Positions 38,397 to 48,416 of a stretch of 64,000 nucleotides of DNA are shown here, piece after piece (the stretch's first letter is position 1; every line of letters starts with the position of its first letter). The stretch covers positions 329,994-393,993 of the forward strand of contig JBHLMN010000003.1 of assembly GCA_048938105.1 (NCBI GenBank), read 5' to 3'. A program made the position numbers and the translations under genes. The notes under the pieces were generated by a model. That model was not told where the DNA came from. It ran no database searches and was given only the letters and a program-made list of their open reading frames with translations. Source of the DNA: Promethearchaeota archaeon (GTDB lineage Archaea; Asgardarchaeota; Heimdallarchaeia; Hodarchaeales; Hodarchaeaceae).

Positions 38397-39602
38397 ATGA
38401 AGAAAAGTATTCAATTAGATAACAAGACGTTAGAAATTCTCAATGCGTTCAAGAAACACCCTCAACAATCACTTGATGAAGTAATTTCCGATTTAATTTC
38501 TGATTTAAACGATACTCTTACGAATAATATCCTTTTTGACTCTCTTATGGATCATCTTCCAGCTTCAGTGTACTTTAAAGATCGTGAAGGACGTCATCTA
38601 AAGGTATGCAAAACCACACAGAAAGATTATAATGAAATATATTGCAAAAGATTCGGACTAGAACCTCAAGACATGATAGGAAAGACAGATGAAGAATTAT
38701 ATAAGCCAGAGCTTGCAAAAAGAACCTTTAAAGATGATCTTTACGTTATAGAATCGGAAAATGCTATTATTAATCGTGAGGAGCATACACCACCTGATGG
38801 GAGATATTTCTCGACAACAAAAGCGCCTATATTTAATAAGAAAGGTTATGTGACTGGACTAGTTGGGATTACCTACGAAATTACAGCTCTAAAAGTTACA
38901 GAACAACAGCTAAAAAAAACAACTAAAGCGTTACGAAACTTAAGTGAATCTTTAATGGTAATTAATACTATTTTAAGACATGATATTCTGAATTATTTAA
39001 CACAGGTTATTGGATTTTTAGATTTATATAAAAAAGAGAGAGATGAATTCTATTTAGAGCGTGTTTATAATCCCGTTCAAAGAGCTGTTAGTCTTATAAA
39101 TAAATTGGGAGAACTTGAGAAACTGATTATTCAAAAGGAGCCATTAAAACCACATGATCTTCGTGAAATATCAGAAATTATTGTGAAGAATCTCTCATCT
39201 CCAACAGTTAAATTTAATATTGTTGGGCAGGGGGTTGTTCTTGCAGATCAAGCCTTATATTCAGTCATTGAAAATTTAGTCGGAAATGCTCTTATTCACG
39301 CCCAGACAGAATCCATTGAATTAATAATTAATGAAACAGAGGATAATTACTACGAGCTAAAAGTTATTGATTACGGTGTAGGGATAAAAGATCAAATAAA
39401 AGAAAAATTATTCCAACCAGGTCAGAAATTTGGCAGGAAAGGAGGGACTGGGTATGGTCTCTATGTTGTTAAGAAAATTATAGAACGTTATGAGGGAGAA
39501 ATCAAAGTAGAAGATAACCTACCAAGGGGTACAATTTTTTCTGTAAAACTAAAGAAAGCAAATTCTAAGGATAAAAAAGTTAGGGATATAATTGAAGAAT
39601 AA
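38397..39602 (+). CDS. cytoplasmic PAS-domain histidine kinase with N-terminal RHH-like segment
   Basis: PAS/PAC (VYFKDREGR..IGKTD...TTKAPI....VTGLVGI), H-box LRHDILN, N-box NLVGNA, DYGVGI, GTGYGL. Confidence 0.88.
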   Translation: MKKSIQLDNKTLEILNAFKKHPQQSLDEVISDLISDLNDTLTNNILFDSLMDHLPASVYFKDREGRHLKVCKTTQKDYNEIYCKRFGLEPQDMIGKTDEELYKPELAKRTFKDDLYVIESENAIINREEHTPPDGRYFSTTKAPIFNKKGYVTGLVGITYEITALKVTEQQLKKTTKALRNLSESLMVINTILRHDILNYLTQVIGFLDLYKKERDEFYLERVYNPVQRAVSLINKLGELEKLIIQKEPLKPHDLREISEIIVKNLSSPTVKFNIVGQGVVLADQALYSVIENLVGNALIHAQTESIELIINETEDNYYELKVIDYGVGIKDQIKEKLFQPGQKFGRKGGTGYGLYVVKKIIERYEGEIKVEDNLPRGTIFSVKLKKANSKDKKVRDIIEE

Positions 39603-40137
39603 TCATTCAATTTTTATTAAACAAATTGTTGAATACTCAGCGTGGATATGTGAAAAGCTTTGTAAAAAGCTTGAAAATACTTCTGACGAGAAATTCAACC
39701 AAGATATAGGGCCAAAATTCGTTAACGATACTAGATGTCCAACATCATCGTTAAGATCCATAATTGAACACTGTATGATTGGTTTGGAATATGGTAGGCA
39801 TATTATCAGATCTTTAGCTTGGAATGAAGAGGATATAATCCAGAATTTCCGCTTATTTACAAAAGAACAGCTACTAGAACAATGGTTAAGGCAATTTATC
39901 GAATTTAAACAACTATTGGCAGATCATATTGGAAAAACTGTAATATTTAATGATGAGGAAATATATCTTGGCAGTGATTTCTTTTTTGCTTTTTTCAACC
40001 ACTTAACGTACCATTCTGGCCAGTTTATGATCGCTCTGAAGATCGTTGGTGAGGAGACTATTGATCTTGATTATATGACCTTTTTAAAGGAAATTGGTAG
40101 CAAGGATTTTATCAGAAATCTCTCCACAGAATCTTGA
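39592..40137 (+). CDS. DinB-family protein
   Basis: SLRSIIEH and FNHLTYHSGQ His motifs. Confidence 0.75.
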   Translation: MKNNHSIFIKQIVEYSAWICEKLCKKLENTSDEKFNQDIGPKFVNDTRCPTSSLRSIIEHCMIGLEYGRHIIRSLAWNEEDIIQNFRLFTKEQLLEQWLRQFIEFKQLLADHIGKTVIFNDEEIYLGSDFFFAFFNHLTYHSGQFMIALKIVGEETIDLDYMTFLKEIGSKDFIRNLSTES

Positions 40138-40266
40138 AAGAACAAGTGTTGAATCTACTTAGTAGTAATAATTTATCCAGGCATTATTGTGCTAATTTAC
40201 CAAACTAAAATTGCCATTAATTAAAATTTTATAATAGAAACCTAAGATCTATTTTTTTCAAAATAC

Positions 40267-41400
40267 ATGGAGCTATGTTTAATGGGAACCATATATAATA
40301 TTGTAGAAAAGAGAATGCCACATCTTATTCTTGAAGGAACCTCTTATGAGATAGGTAAAAGGATTGGGAACCTTTTAAAAAATAAGTATAAAGGGTTCGC
40401 ATCATTTCTCACCTCAGGAAATCTCAATCCTCAAAAACTTGGTTTTAATAATTTTCAAGAGATGCAGGAATTGTATGAAGAAAGCTGTCCAGGAATTACT
40501 GATGAAATACATGGCTTTGCTGACAGTTTAAATGTGCAGACAAATAAAATCATTTATTATGGCTTTCCGTTCTCACTTCAACAAAATTGCAGTCATATGG
40601 TTGCACTACCATCTATTACAACCAAAAATCATGTTCTTGTTGGGAGGAGCTATGAGTGGAATCATAATGAGGAAGATTTAATCCTTTTTACTACAAAAAT
40701 CAGGAATAAAAGGGTTCATATTGGATTTTCAAATCTACTTTTAGGTCGTTATGAAGGTTTTAACTCTGATGGTCTTTGTATAACGTCTTCAGGGGGAGGA
40801 GCATATAATGCACCTATTAAGAATAAAAAGGGTGTATTTTTTTCTCTTGCTGTCAGATCTCTTTTAGAAAATTGTGGAACAGTAGAAGCAGGGGTCGATT
40901 TATTACAAGAATTACCAGTTTTCTCCTCATCAAATTTCATCCTAGCCGATAAACAAGGAAAAGCAGCGCTAATAGAGTGTTTAGATAGTGAATATAGCAT
41001 AAAACAAATAAATGGTGAAACACAATCATATTTAATTTCAACTAATCATTATACTTTACCTGAAAAGATAAAATATAACAAATATGTTAATAATTGGCTT
41101 TTACCAAATTCAAAAACACGTTATGAAAGAATCAAATCAGAATTTAGCGCTGATATGCCTTCAATAAGTCAAGATACGATGAAGAACATTTTATCGAAGG
41201 AAATACCAAATGGAGTTTGTGCTTATTACCATAAGGATTGTTTTGGGACTTTATGGTCAATGATCTTTGATTTAACAGAAGGAACAGTAGAAATAAGTTT
41301 TGGTCCACCCTCACATAATAAATGGAATGTATTCAATTTTGAGACATTGGAAAACATAGAAGGTTATTTAGCGCAATTTCCAGAGAGTCTCATTGAATGA
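40267..41400 (+). CDS. C45-family autoproteolytic acyltransferase/hydrolase (Ntn fold)
   Basis: EGTSYEIG, EIHGFAD, NCS nucleophile Cys, GRSYEW, GFNSDGL, NFILAD, STNHY, SKTRY. Confidence 0.85.
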   Translation: MELCLMGTIYNIVEKRMPHLILEGTSYEIGKRIGNLLKNKYKGFASFLTSGNLNPQKLGFNNFQEMQELYEESCPGITDEIHGFADSLNVQTNKIIYYGFPFSLQQNCSHMVALPSITTKNHVLVGRSYEWNHNEEDLILFTTKIRNKRVHIGFSNLLLGRYEGFNSDGLCITSSGGGAYNAPIKNKKGVFFSLAVRSLLENCGTVEAGVDLLQELPVFSSSNFILADKQGKAALIECLDSEYSIKQINGETQSYLISTNHYTLPEKIKYNKYVNNWLLPNSKTRYERIKSEFSADMPSISQDTMKNILSKEIPNGVCAYYHKDCFGTLWSMIFDLTEGTVEISFGPPSHNKWNVFNFETLENIEGYLAQFPESLIE

Positions 41401-41462
41401 GTAACAGATTTGAGTTGTAACAACAAAATAGGAATTCATAAGTATAAGGACAGTATGATAGC

Positions 41463-42317
41463 GTGAAGTATGGAATCAATATAATCTGTTTTATTGGTCA
41501 AACCCAAAAGAAGGGAATTGAATTTCATATTGAATGTGCAGAGGCAGCTGAAGATGCAGGATGGGATGGTTTTTTCATCTGGGATCATATTTGGGGCTTT
41601 TGGGATAATCACACATTGAAAGTTTTAGATCCTTGGATTATCTTGTCTGCTGTTGCAGCAAGAACTGAAAAAATAAAAATTGGCCCTATGGTAACACCTT
41701 TGGCACGTAGGAGACCATGGAAAGTGGCGAGAGAAGCTGTCACTTTGGATCACTTATCAGGTGGTCGATTGATACTTGGAGTTGGATTAGGGGGTACATT
41801 TGAGGAGTTTGGCCTCTTCAATGAACCAGTAGAGCCAAGAATCAGAGCTGAAAAACTTGATGAGGGGTTAGAGATACTTACAGGGTTATGGGGAGGGAAA
41901 TCCTTCTCCTATGATGGTAAATATTATAATATCAAAGAGGTAACATTTATTCCCAAACCAATCCAGAACCCAAGAATCCCCATTTGGGTTGCAGGATATT
42001 GGCCAAACAAATTACCTTTTTATCGTGCAGCAAGGTATGATGGGGTTGTTCCTGCAGCAGAGTTTGGTGTTGATTTTGGTCCTGACAAACTAGAAGATGT
42101 ATTAAATATCATTAGGAAGAAGAGAGGCAATCTTGAAGGTTTTGAAGTCGTGGGTGGAGGTTCAACAACTGGTATTGATACATCAAAAGATACTGATATC
42201 GTTCAACCATGGATTGAAGCTGGGGCAACCTGGTTTATGGAACACATCAATGATTGGATTGGTACAGAAGAAGAGCTTCTCACACGTATTCAAAGAGGCC
42301 CTCCCGATGTTGTTTAA
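41463..42317 (+). CDS. LLM-class flavin-dependent oxidoreductase
   Basis: GWDGFFIWDH, DPWIILSAVAART, VTPLARRRPWKVAREAVTLDHLSGGRLILGVGLG, PIWVAG. Confidence 0.9.
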   Translation: MKYGINIICFIGQTQKKGIEFHIECAEAAEDAGWDGFFIWDHIWGFWDNHTLKVLDPWIILSAVAARTEKIKIGPMVTPLARRRPWKVAREAVTLDHLSGGRLILGVGLGGTFEEFGLFNEPVEPRIRAEKLDEGLEILTGLWGGKSFSYDGKYYNIKEVTFIPKPIQNPRIPIWVAGYWPNKLPFYRAARYDGVVPAAEFGVDFGPDKLEDVLNIIRKKRGNLEGFEVVGGGSTTGIDTSKDTDIVQPWIEAGATWFMEHINDWIGTEEELLTRIQRGPPDVV

Positions 42318-42346
42318 ACAATAACGTTTATTGGTAGCTGATTCTG

Positions 42347-43177
42347 GTGTTGGATTCTGTAGCTTTGGTGAAATATGAGAATAATATAAGAAAGACTCTA
42401 GAGACTGGTATTGGGCTTATTGATGGTTTTCAGAATTTGAAATCGCCCGTCCTAATCAAACCGAATATTTGTACGCAGATAGATAAGACTGGTTTTGCAG
42501 TAAATGATGTTCAGGTAGTTGAAGTGTTAATAAAACTGATTCTTAAAGAAAACCAAGATTTATCTATTAAAATTGTGGAATCAGACAGTATAAGCAAGTT
42601 TGCTGATGAAGCTTACATCAAATTCGGTTATAGTAATTTAGAAAAAAAAATGCAAATGTCTGGTTTTGATGTATCATTAATTAATCTCACTCATTCCCCA
42701 ACGGTTGAAATCAATTTTGAAGGAAGTTATTTTACGAATCCCAAGTTACCTGAGATTCTTCTTGGTTCAAAGTTTTTAATTTCTTTAGCTGTTGCAAAAA
42801 CTCATTTTTTGACTTTCTTAACTGGAACCTTGAAGAATCTTTTTGGTCTACTCCCTAGAAAGGATCAATCATTCTATCATCCCCATATTAATGATGTTAT
42901 TGTTGACATAAATAGGATAATTCAACCTAGTCTCTGTATTGTTGATGCTAGAGTAGGTCTTGAGGGTTGGGCGGGGCCAAAATCAAGACGTTTAGATAGA
43001 TTCATAATAGGAAGGAAGCCTGTGTCAACAGATGCCACCATGGCTAGGATTATGGGTTTTAAACCAGGGGAAGTTCTTCACTTGGTCGAAGCAGAGAAGT
43101 ATGATCTAGGTTCCCTGACTCCTACTGTTATTGGAGAGAAGATTGAAACCTCAATAGTGAAATTCAATCCACCATAA
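42347..43177 (+). CDS. DUF362-domain protein
   Basis: VLIKPN, VESD, AKTH, LKNLFG, IVDA, DATMARIMG. Confidence 0.82.
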   Translation: MLDSVALVKYENNIRKTLETGIGLIDGFQNLKSPVLIKPNICTQIDKTGFAVNDVQVVEVLIKLILKENQDLSIKIVESDSISKFADEAYIKFGYSNLEKKMQMSGFDVSLINLTHSPTVEINFEGSYFTNPKLPEILLGSKFLISLAVAKTHFLTFLTGTLKNLFGLLPRKDQSFYHPHINDVIVDINRIIQPSLCIVDARVGLEGWAGPKSRRLDRFIIGRKPVSTDATMARIMGFKPGEVLHLVEAEKYDLGSLTPTVIGEKIETSIVKFNPP

Positions 43178-43260
43178 ATTTGTTATTGGATATAGAAATG
43201 ATATGAATTATTAAAGTTACATCGAAATACACATTGTAAAACAAACAGATTATGAAAAAA

Positions 43261-43443
43261 TTAGGTAGATTGTTTCATCTGGACTTGAGTAGGAATACTT
43301 GACAACTTACATTTTTTCATGGGTTTAAAATTGTGTTTTTCTAAAACTGTAGCTTTATGTTTTCTTTCCATAATCTTATCGAAAGATCTTCTCTTCATTC
43401 TATATTCACGTACTAATTCTAAATGAATTAAGGTTGTTACCAT
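43261..43443 (-). CDS. putative small basic protein (60 aa)
   Basis: ATG start with AGGGA upstream; fills an otherwise empty gap, divergent from a wHTH regulator; no recognisable family. Confidence 0.35.
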   Translation of the reverse strand: MVTTLIHLELVREYRMKRRSFDKIMERKHKATVLEKHNFKPMKKCKLSSIPTQVQMKQST

Positions 43444-43467
43444 TTTTTATCCCTATTTTTAATATTA

Positions 43468-43581
43468 TTCAATTTTTGTTCAATTATTTTTATTATATTA
43501 TTCAGGAATTATTGAATATAATTTGTTTATAAACTTTATGATTGTTGAAAATTAGTCAAAATTTATTCAATTATTTTTGAA
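43468..43581. promoter_or_regulatory. TTCA-N8-TGAA inverted-repeat sites in a divergent promoter region
   Basis: Perfect copies at 43501-43516 and 43566-43581, one-mismatch copy at 43468-43483. Confidence 0.35.
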
Positions 43582-43638
43582 AAAATATTCACAAATCTTA
43601 TATAATAATTAGTGATTTTGCATTAATTGAATTTCATC

Positions 43639-45105
43639 ATGAAATCTACTAATAATGATGATTTAGCTCAAGATTTCCCTCTTGGTTCACTAGAAAGTAT
43701 CATCGATCTTTTAAAAGCTACTGCACATGATACACGTTTACAAATTTTAGTCTATTTATCCAATTCTGAAAAATCCCTTCCTTATTTACACGAGCATATT
43801 AAAGCTAAGTTTGCTAGCAAAGGAAAAGTAAGTAAAACTGCACTTGCTCATCATCTAAATCAACTTATAGACACAGGATTAGTTGAAAAAACGGCCCGAG
43901 GAATGTATAGCCTTACTGAATACGGTTTAGTTTACATTAAACAGATGAGAACAGTTTTAGAAACATATAGCGAGAGAAATCAAATTATTTCCGAACCTGA
44001 AAAGCAGAAGGAATTCACATATGTATCAGATTATCTTAAAACAAGTTCTGAAACTTCAAAAAATATGGTTAGTGGGAATCCTCTGTATCAGAGTGGATGG
44101 AATTCTTATATCTCTTCTGTTTCCGGAGTACTAGAATCTCTTGGTGTTAATGATGACTATATTCAATTGAGTGGACGTTCAGCATATTGTTTTATATTTA
44201 AAGTATCCATAGGGGCCATATCTTTCTTGGGAGAAGGAATATTATCTGATAAGGCATGGGAGGAGATTTACAAGGGAACTGAAAGTTTTGGGTGGAAAAT
44301 TAATGAGTGGAAGTCTGAACGAGTATATCCCCACCTGTGGAACATAACTGGAGAAGATTTTGAGACAGCAAAAGAGATGTTTTATCGTATTCGCTTTATA
44401 ATTGATGAGTATGATACTCCAGTAGTTTTATGGGGTCTTCGTGTTCCCAGTTTTGGTATTGTCAAGGGTTACGACGATGATAGTTATATTGTAAGCACTT
44501 ATTATCGTAAAGAAGCTCTTAATGACACACCAGTAAGATATGACTCTATTTATGCTCATGGATCTTTTAAATTTCTTTATTTTACTAAAAGTGAGGGTAT
44601 CAAATCTGTGGAGGAAGAGGATAAAACATCCATCACACGAGCTATCAATATGGCTAAAGGAGTAAATGTTACACCTGAAAATACTGTACTTGGGTATAAA
44701 TACATTTCAGGACCAGAGGCTTACAGTGAGTTTGCAGACATTCTTTTGAATTTTGACACATCATTACCTGAAATTGCTACTGGATTTCATGGTAGATTTT
44801 ATCAAGACGCAAAAGCAGTTGCTATGGAATACCTTGAACGACTGGCGCGTAAATATACTAGTTTGCCTCAAGGAGAGTTATTACTCAATGCTAGTAAACA
44901 ATACCGTGTGATAAAAAGCATTTTTGAAGAATTTATGGTTCTTTTCCCTTATTTTGACATTAAATCTAATAAATCTAAAAAAAGAATAACTGAAGAGAAG
45001 AGGAAGAAGGGAGCTGATCTTTTATTAAAAGCAAAGGATTATGAAGAATCTGGCATTAAATATTTAGAACAAGCTGCTAAACAATGGAGATCTTCTTCAA
45101 GATAA
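43639..45105 (+). CDS. ArsR-like winged-helix regulator fused to a large uncharacterised C-terminal domain (paralog of 27274-28638)
   Basis: KATAHDTRLQIL...SKTALAHHLNQL...GLVEK..RG.Y.LT..G; shared P.YQ..W.SY..SVSGV...LG and PVVLWGL..P..GIV.GY...SY.VST. Confidence 0.8.
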   Translation: MKSTNNDDLAQDFPLGSLESIIDLLKATAHDTRLQILVYLSNSEKSLPYLHEHIKAKFASKGKVSKTALAHHLNQLIDTGLVEKTARGMYSLTEYGLVYIKQMRTVLETYSERNQIISEPEKQKEFTYVSDYLKTSSETSKNMVSGNPLYQSGWNSYISSVSGVLESLGVNDDYIQLSGRSAYCFIFKVSIGAISFLGEGILSDKAWEEIYKGTESFGWKINEWKSERVYPHLWNITGEDFETAKEMFYRIRFIIDEYDTPVVLWGLRVPSFGIVKGYDDDSYIVSTYYRKEALNDTPVRYDSIYAHGSFKFLYFTKSEGIKSVEEEDKTSITRAINMAKGVNVTPENTVLGYKYISGPEAYSEFADILLNFDTSLPEIATGFHGRFYQDAKAVAMEYLERLARKYTSLPQGELLLNASKQYRVIKSIFEEFMVLFPYFDIKSNKSKKRITEEKRKKGADLLLKAKDYEESGIKYLEQAAKQWRSSSR

Positions 45106-45186
45106 TCAATTATTCAACTCTTATTTGGCTTACAAGATTTTATATTGGTTATCTTTAAAAAATTTAACAGTTTACCATTAATTCAC

Positions 45187-46380
45187 ATGAAATCTGAATT
45201 AATTGAATTGAAAATTGCCCTAGAGAACGAATTGGATAATATCTTAGAATATTGGATGAAATATTCTTTAGATAATGAATATGGGGGATTCTACGGCAGG
45301 ATTGATCATCATAACCAAGTTATTCCCAAATCTTCAAAGAGTTGTATACTCAATACTCGTATTCTTTGGACATTTTCTGCTGCTTATAATTTTTTGAAAA
45401 AAAAAGAATTACTCGAAGTCGCCATTAGAGCCTATAATTATATTCTAAATCATTTTTTTGATCACGAATATGGAGGCCTTTATTGGGAAGTTGACTATCT
45501 GGGTAATCCACTAGATATGCGTAAACAGATTTATGCACAAGCTTTCGGAATTTATGGGTTTTCAGAATATTATAAGGCCTGTGGAGATATAGATAGTCTT
45601 CGTCATGCACAAGAGCTTTTTTGGTTGATAGAAAAATATAGTCTTGACCCAAAAAATAACGGTTACATTGAAGCGTTAGATAAAAAATGGCAACCGTTGC
45701 TAGATATGCGACTAAGCAAAAAAGATATTAACGAACCAAAATCAATGAATACCCATTTACATATTCTAGAAGCTTACACAAATTTATATTATGTCTGGAA
45801 GGAAAAATCACTTAATAAGCAGATTGAAAACTTATTATGGATTTTTCTCAATAAAATAATCGACCAGAAATCTCATCATTTTCAGTTATTTTTTGATTTA
45901 AGTTGGACAGTAAAATCCTCAATAATTTCATTTGGTCATGATATTGAAGGATCATGGTTACTAACTGAAGCTACTGAAGCATTAGGAAATGAGAAATTAT
46001 TGAAAGAGATAAATGACGTCGTCATAAAGCTGGTTGATAGAACTGTAAAGGAAGGAACAGATAAAAGTAGTTCTCTCTTCTATGAAAATGATAATAAAAC
46101 TGGAGAAATGGACTTTGATAAGCACTGGTGGTGTCAAGCTGAAGCAATGATCGGATTAGTGAACGCCTGGCAGATAACAGGAAATCAACAATATTTGAAG
46201 AATGCTACTGATATCTGGGATTATATTACACAATTCATTATTAATACTGAACATGGAGAATGGAACGCCGTGATTGATAAATTCGACCATATTATCACTA
46301 CAGGGGATAGAGTTGGATTCTGGAAAGGCCCCTATCATAATACAAGGGCTTGTATAGAGGTTATTAATCGTGTAGGTTAG
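45187..46380 (+). CDS. cellobiose 2-epimerase (AGE family)
   Basis: GGFYGRID, LNTRILWTFS, KQIYAQAF, KSMNTHLHILEAYT, FGHDIEGSWL, WWCQAE, WKGPYHNTRAC (three conserved His). Confidence 0.88.
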   Translation: MKSELIELKIALENELDNILEYWMKYSLDNEYGGFYGRIDHHNQVIPKSSKSCILNTRILWTFSAAYNFLKKKELLEVAIRAYNYILNHFFDHEYGGLYWEVDYLGNPLDMRKQIYAQAFGIYGFSEYYKACGDIDSLRHAQELFWLIEKYSLDPKNNGYIEALDKKWQPLLDMRLSKKDINEPKSMNTHLHILEAYTNLYYVWKEKSLNKQIENLLWIFLNKIIDQKSHHFQLFFDLSWTVKSSIISFGHDIEGSWLLTEATEALGNEKLLKEINDVVIKLVDRTVKEGTDKSSSLFYENDNKTGEMDFDKHWWCQAEAMIGLVNAWQITGNQQYLKNATDIWDYITQFIINTEHGEWNAVIDKFDHIITTGDRVGFWKGPYHNTRACIEVINRVG

Positions 46381-46765
46381 CGGAAATTACCGCGATCACT
46401 TCAATCTCAATCGTTATTCCCTCGATTGGGGAAAGAGCTTGAATCGTAACGCGAGTAGGTTCATATCCAACCTTGAAAAATTCTCGATACACTTGATCCA
46501 TCTTATTAAATTCATTAGCATCTTTCATAAAGATGGTAACTCTCACGACATTATCCATTGAAGTCCCCGAAGATTCTAATAAAAATTTTACATTTTGTAA
46601 TGCTTTCCGTGTTTGCTGCTCAATCGTTCCAGGGATAATATCACCTGTTTTCAGATCACAAGATAATTGGCTAGAAAGAAATAATAAATCCCCAGCCTTA
46701 ACAATATGATTAAATGGACTTTTTGGCCTCTTAATGCCATCAATAGTGATGATTTCTTTTTGCAT
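46364..46765 (-). CDS. RidA/YjgF-family protein
   Basis: PFNHIVKAGDLLFLSSQ, IEQQT..AL.N, VV.VTIF, Y.EFF...PTRVTIQ, IEIEVIA. Confidence 0.88.
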   Translation of the reverse strand: MQKEIITIDGIKRPKSPFNHIVKAGDLLFLSSQLSCDLKTGDIIPGTIEQQTRKALQNVKFLLESSGTSMDNVVRVTIFMKDANEFNKMDQVYREFFKVGYEPTRVTIQALSPIEGITIEIEVIAVISANLHD

Positions 46766-46863
46766 TCATTAATCCACCAGTTATATCTAATAATTTATGC
46801 AAGTTAAGACATCTATAATAACTTATTAAAATCAGATCATTTAATTGAAAAAAAAGGTGATGA

Positions 46864-47361
46864 ATGATGCAGAAATTAGAAAATGCAAAGGGTCAATTGC
46901 ATTATGCATTGAACATGGCAATGAAGACATTAGATAAAGCAATTTTATTAATTCCCGATAAAAAACTCAATTGGAAACCTATTGATGATGCAATGACTGC
47001 AGCTGAACTCGGTATTCATGTTTACCAAGGCTCATTAACCTTAACAGCTGGGACTTTGAAAGGCGAGTTCAACAATGAGGATTACAATATTATTCCCTTT
47101 GACCCCCAAAAAATAAACTCTTCAAAAGAAATTGTAGAGTATGGAGCGAATGTTAAGCAATTTATTCAAGAAACGGTTGAAAAATTAACGGAGGAAGACA
47201 TGGATAAGCAAATTACCTACAACTGCTGGGGTGGTGTTAAAATGGGAGGATTTGAGTCATTATCAACGATCCTTGAGGAAACTATTCATCACCGAGGACA
47301 ATTATGCCTATATTTACGCATGATGGGAATTAAGCCTCCCTTCATTTACGATTTTAGTTGA
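46864..47361 (+). CDS. DinB-family protein
   Basis: WKP...MTAAELGIH and ETIHHRGQLCLYLRMMGIKPP. Confidence 0.85.
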   Translation: MMQKLENAKGQLHYALNMAMKTLDKAILLIPDKKLNWKPIDDAMTAAELGIHVYQGSLTLTAGTLKGEFNNEDYNIIPFDPQKINSSKEIVEYGANVKQFIQETVEKLTEEDMDKQITYNCWGGVKMGGFESLSTILEETIHHRGQLCLYLRMMGIKPPFIYDFS

Positions 47362-47436
47362 TCTAGCAAAAATTATATTGTTTCAACAAATCAATTCAAT
47401 AATCAGATTTAGTATATCCTCTGTTAGGGATTTAAA

Positions 47437-48360
47437 ATGAATTCAAAAATAATTACTGTGACTGGTGAAATCCCATCAAAGGAAATGGGTTTTACTCTAC
47501 CACATGAACATATATTAGTAGATTTTATTGGTGCTGAAGAAACAGGAAAGCATAGATACAATCCTGATGAAGTCATTAACATCATGTTTCCATATCTACT
47601 AGACATCCAAAAACTCGGTGTAACAACTTTTATTGATTGTACACCAATGTTTCTAGCAAGAGATGTTAAGATCCTAAAAGAATTGGCAAATAAAACTAAT
47701 TTGAACATTCTTACAAATACAGGCTTATATGGTAGAGATCCATATATTCCAAAATATACTTATATACAATCCATTGAAGAATTAGCAAATCAATGGATTC
47801 GAGAAGCAAAAGAGGGAATAGAGGACACAGTAATAAAACCAGGTTTCATAAAAACAGCTGTAGATGGGGGAGAATTCACTGAAATCGAGAAGAAACTCAT
47901 TGAAGTAGCTGCAGTAGTATCCAATGAAACAAATCTTACAATAGCGACTCATACATGTTTTGGAGAGAAAGCACTACAAATCCTGAACGTTCTTAAGGAT
48001 TATGATGTTAAGCCACAGAAATGGATTTTTGTCCATGCAAACATCGAAGAGAAAATAGAACTCATTTTACAGGTTGCCGAACAGGGAGCATGGATAGAAC
48101 TTGATGGAGTTGGACAAGAAGGTCAGGATGAAAAGATACTTCGTATATTAAATATATTAATTGATCAAGAGTATCAAGATCAAATCCTATTGTCCCAAGA
48201 TGCAGGTTGTTATTTTGTAGGAGAACCTAATGGGGGCGAAATAAGACCTTTTAGTCATTTCATCACCAAGTTCATACCTATGTTGCGTAACAGTGGAATT
48301 CAAGACGATTTGATTCAGAAATTTACTATCAATAACCCTGCAGCTGCTTTTTCGATATAG
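47437..48360 (+). CDS. phosphotriesterase-family amidohydrolase
   Basis: TLPHEH, DCTP, TNTG, GFIK, ATHT, FVHA, LLSQD, NPA metal-site motifs. Confidence 0.9.
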   Translation: MNSKIITVTGEIPSKEMGFTLPHEHILVDFIGAEETGKHRYNPDEVINIMFPYLLDIQKLGVTTFIDCTPMFLARDVKILKELANKTNLNILTNTGLYGRDPYIPKYTYIQSIEELANQWIREAKEGIEDTVIKPGFIKTAVDGGEFTEIEKKLIEVAAVVSNETNLTIATHTCFGEKALQILNVLKDYDVKPQKWIFVHANIEEKIELILQVAEQGAWIELDGVGQEGQDEKILRILNILIDQEYQDQILLSQDAGCYFVGEPNGGEIRPFSHFITKFIPMLRNSGIQDDLIQKFTINNPAAAFSI

Positions 48361-48416
48361 TAATCAGCTATTAGTTGGTCTAAAAAGAATAAAACAACAT
48401 CACTTTTTGGAATCCT

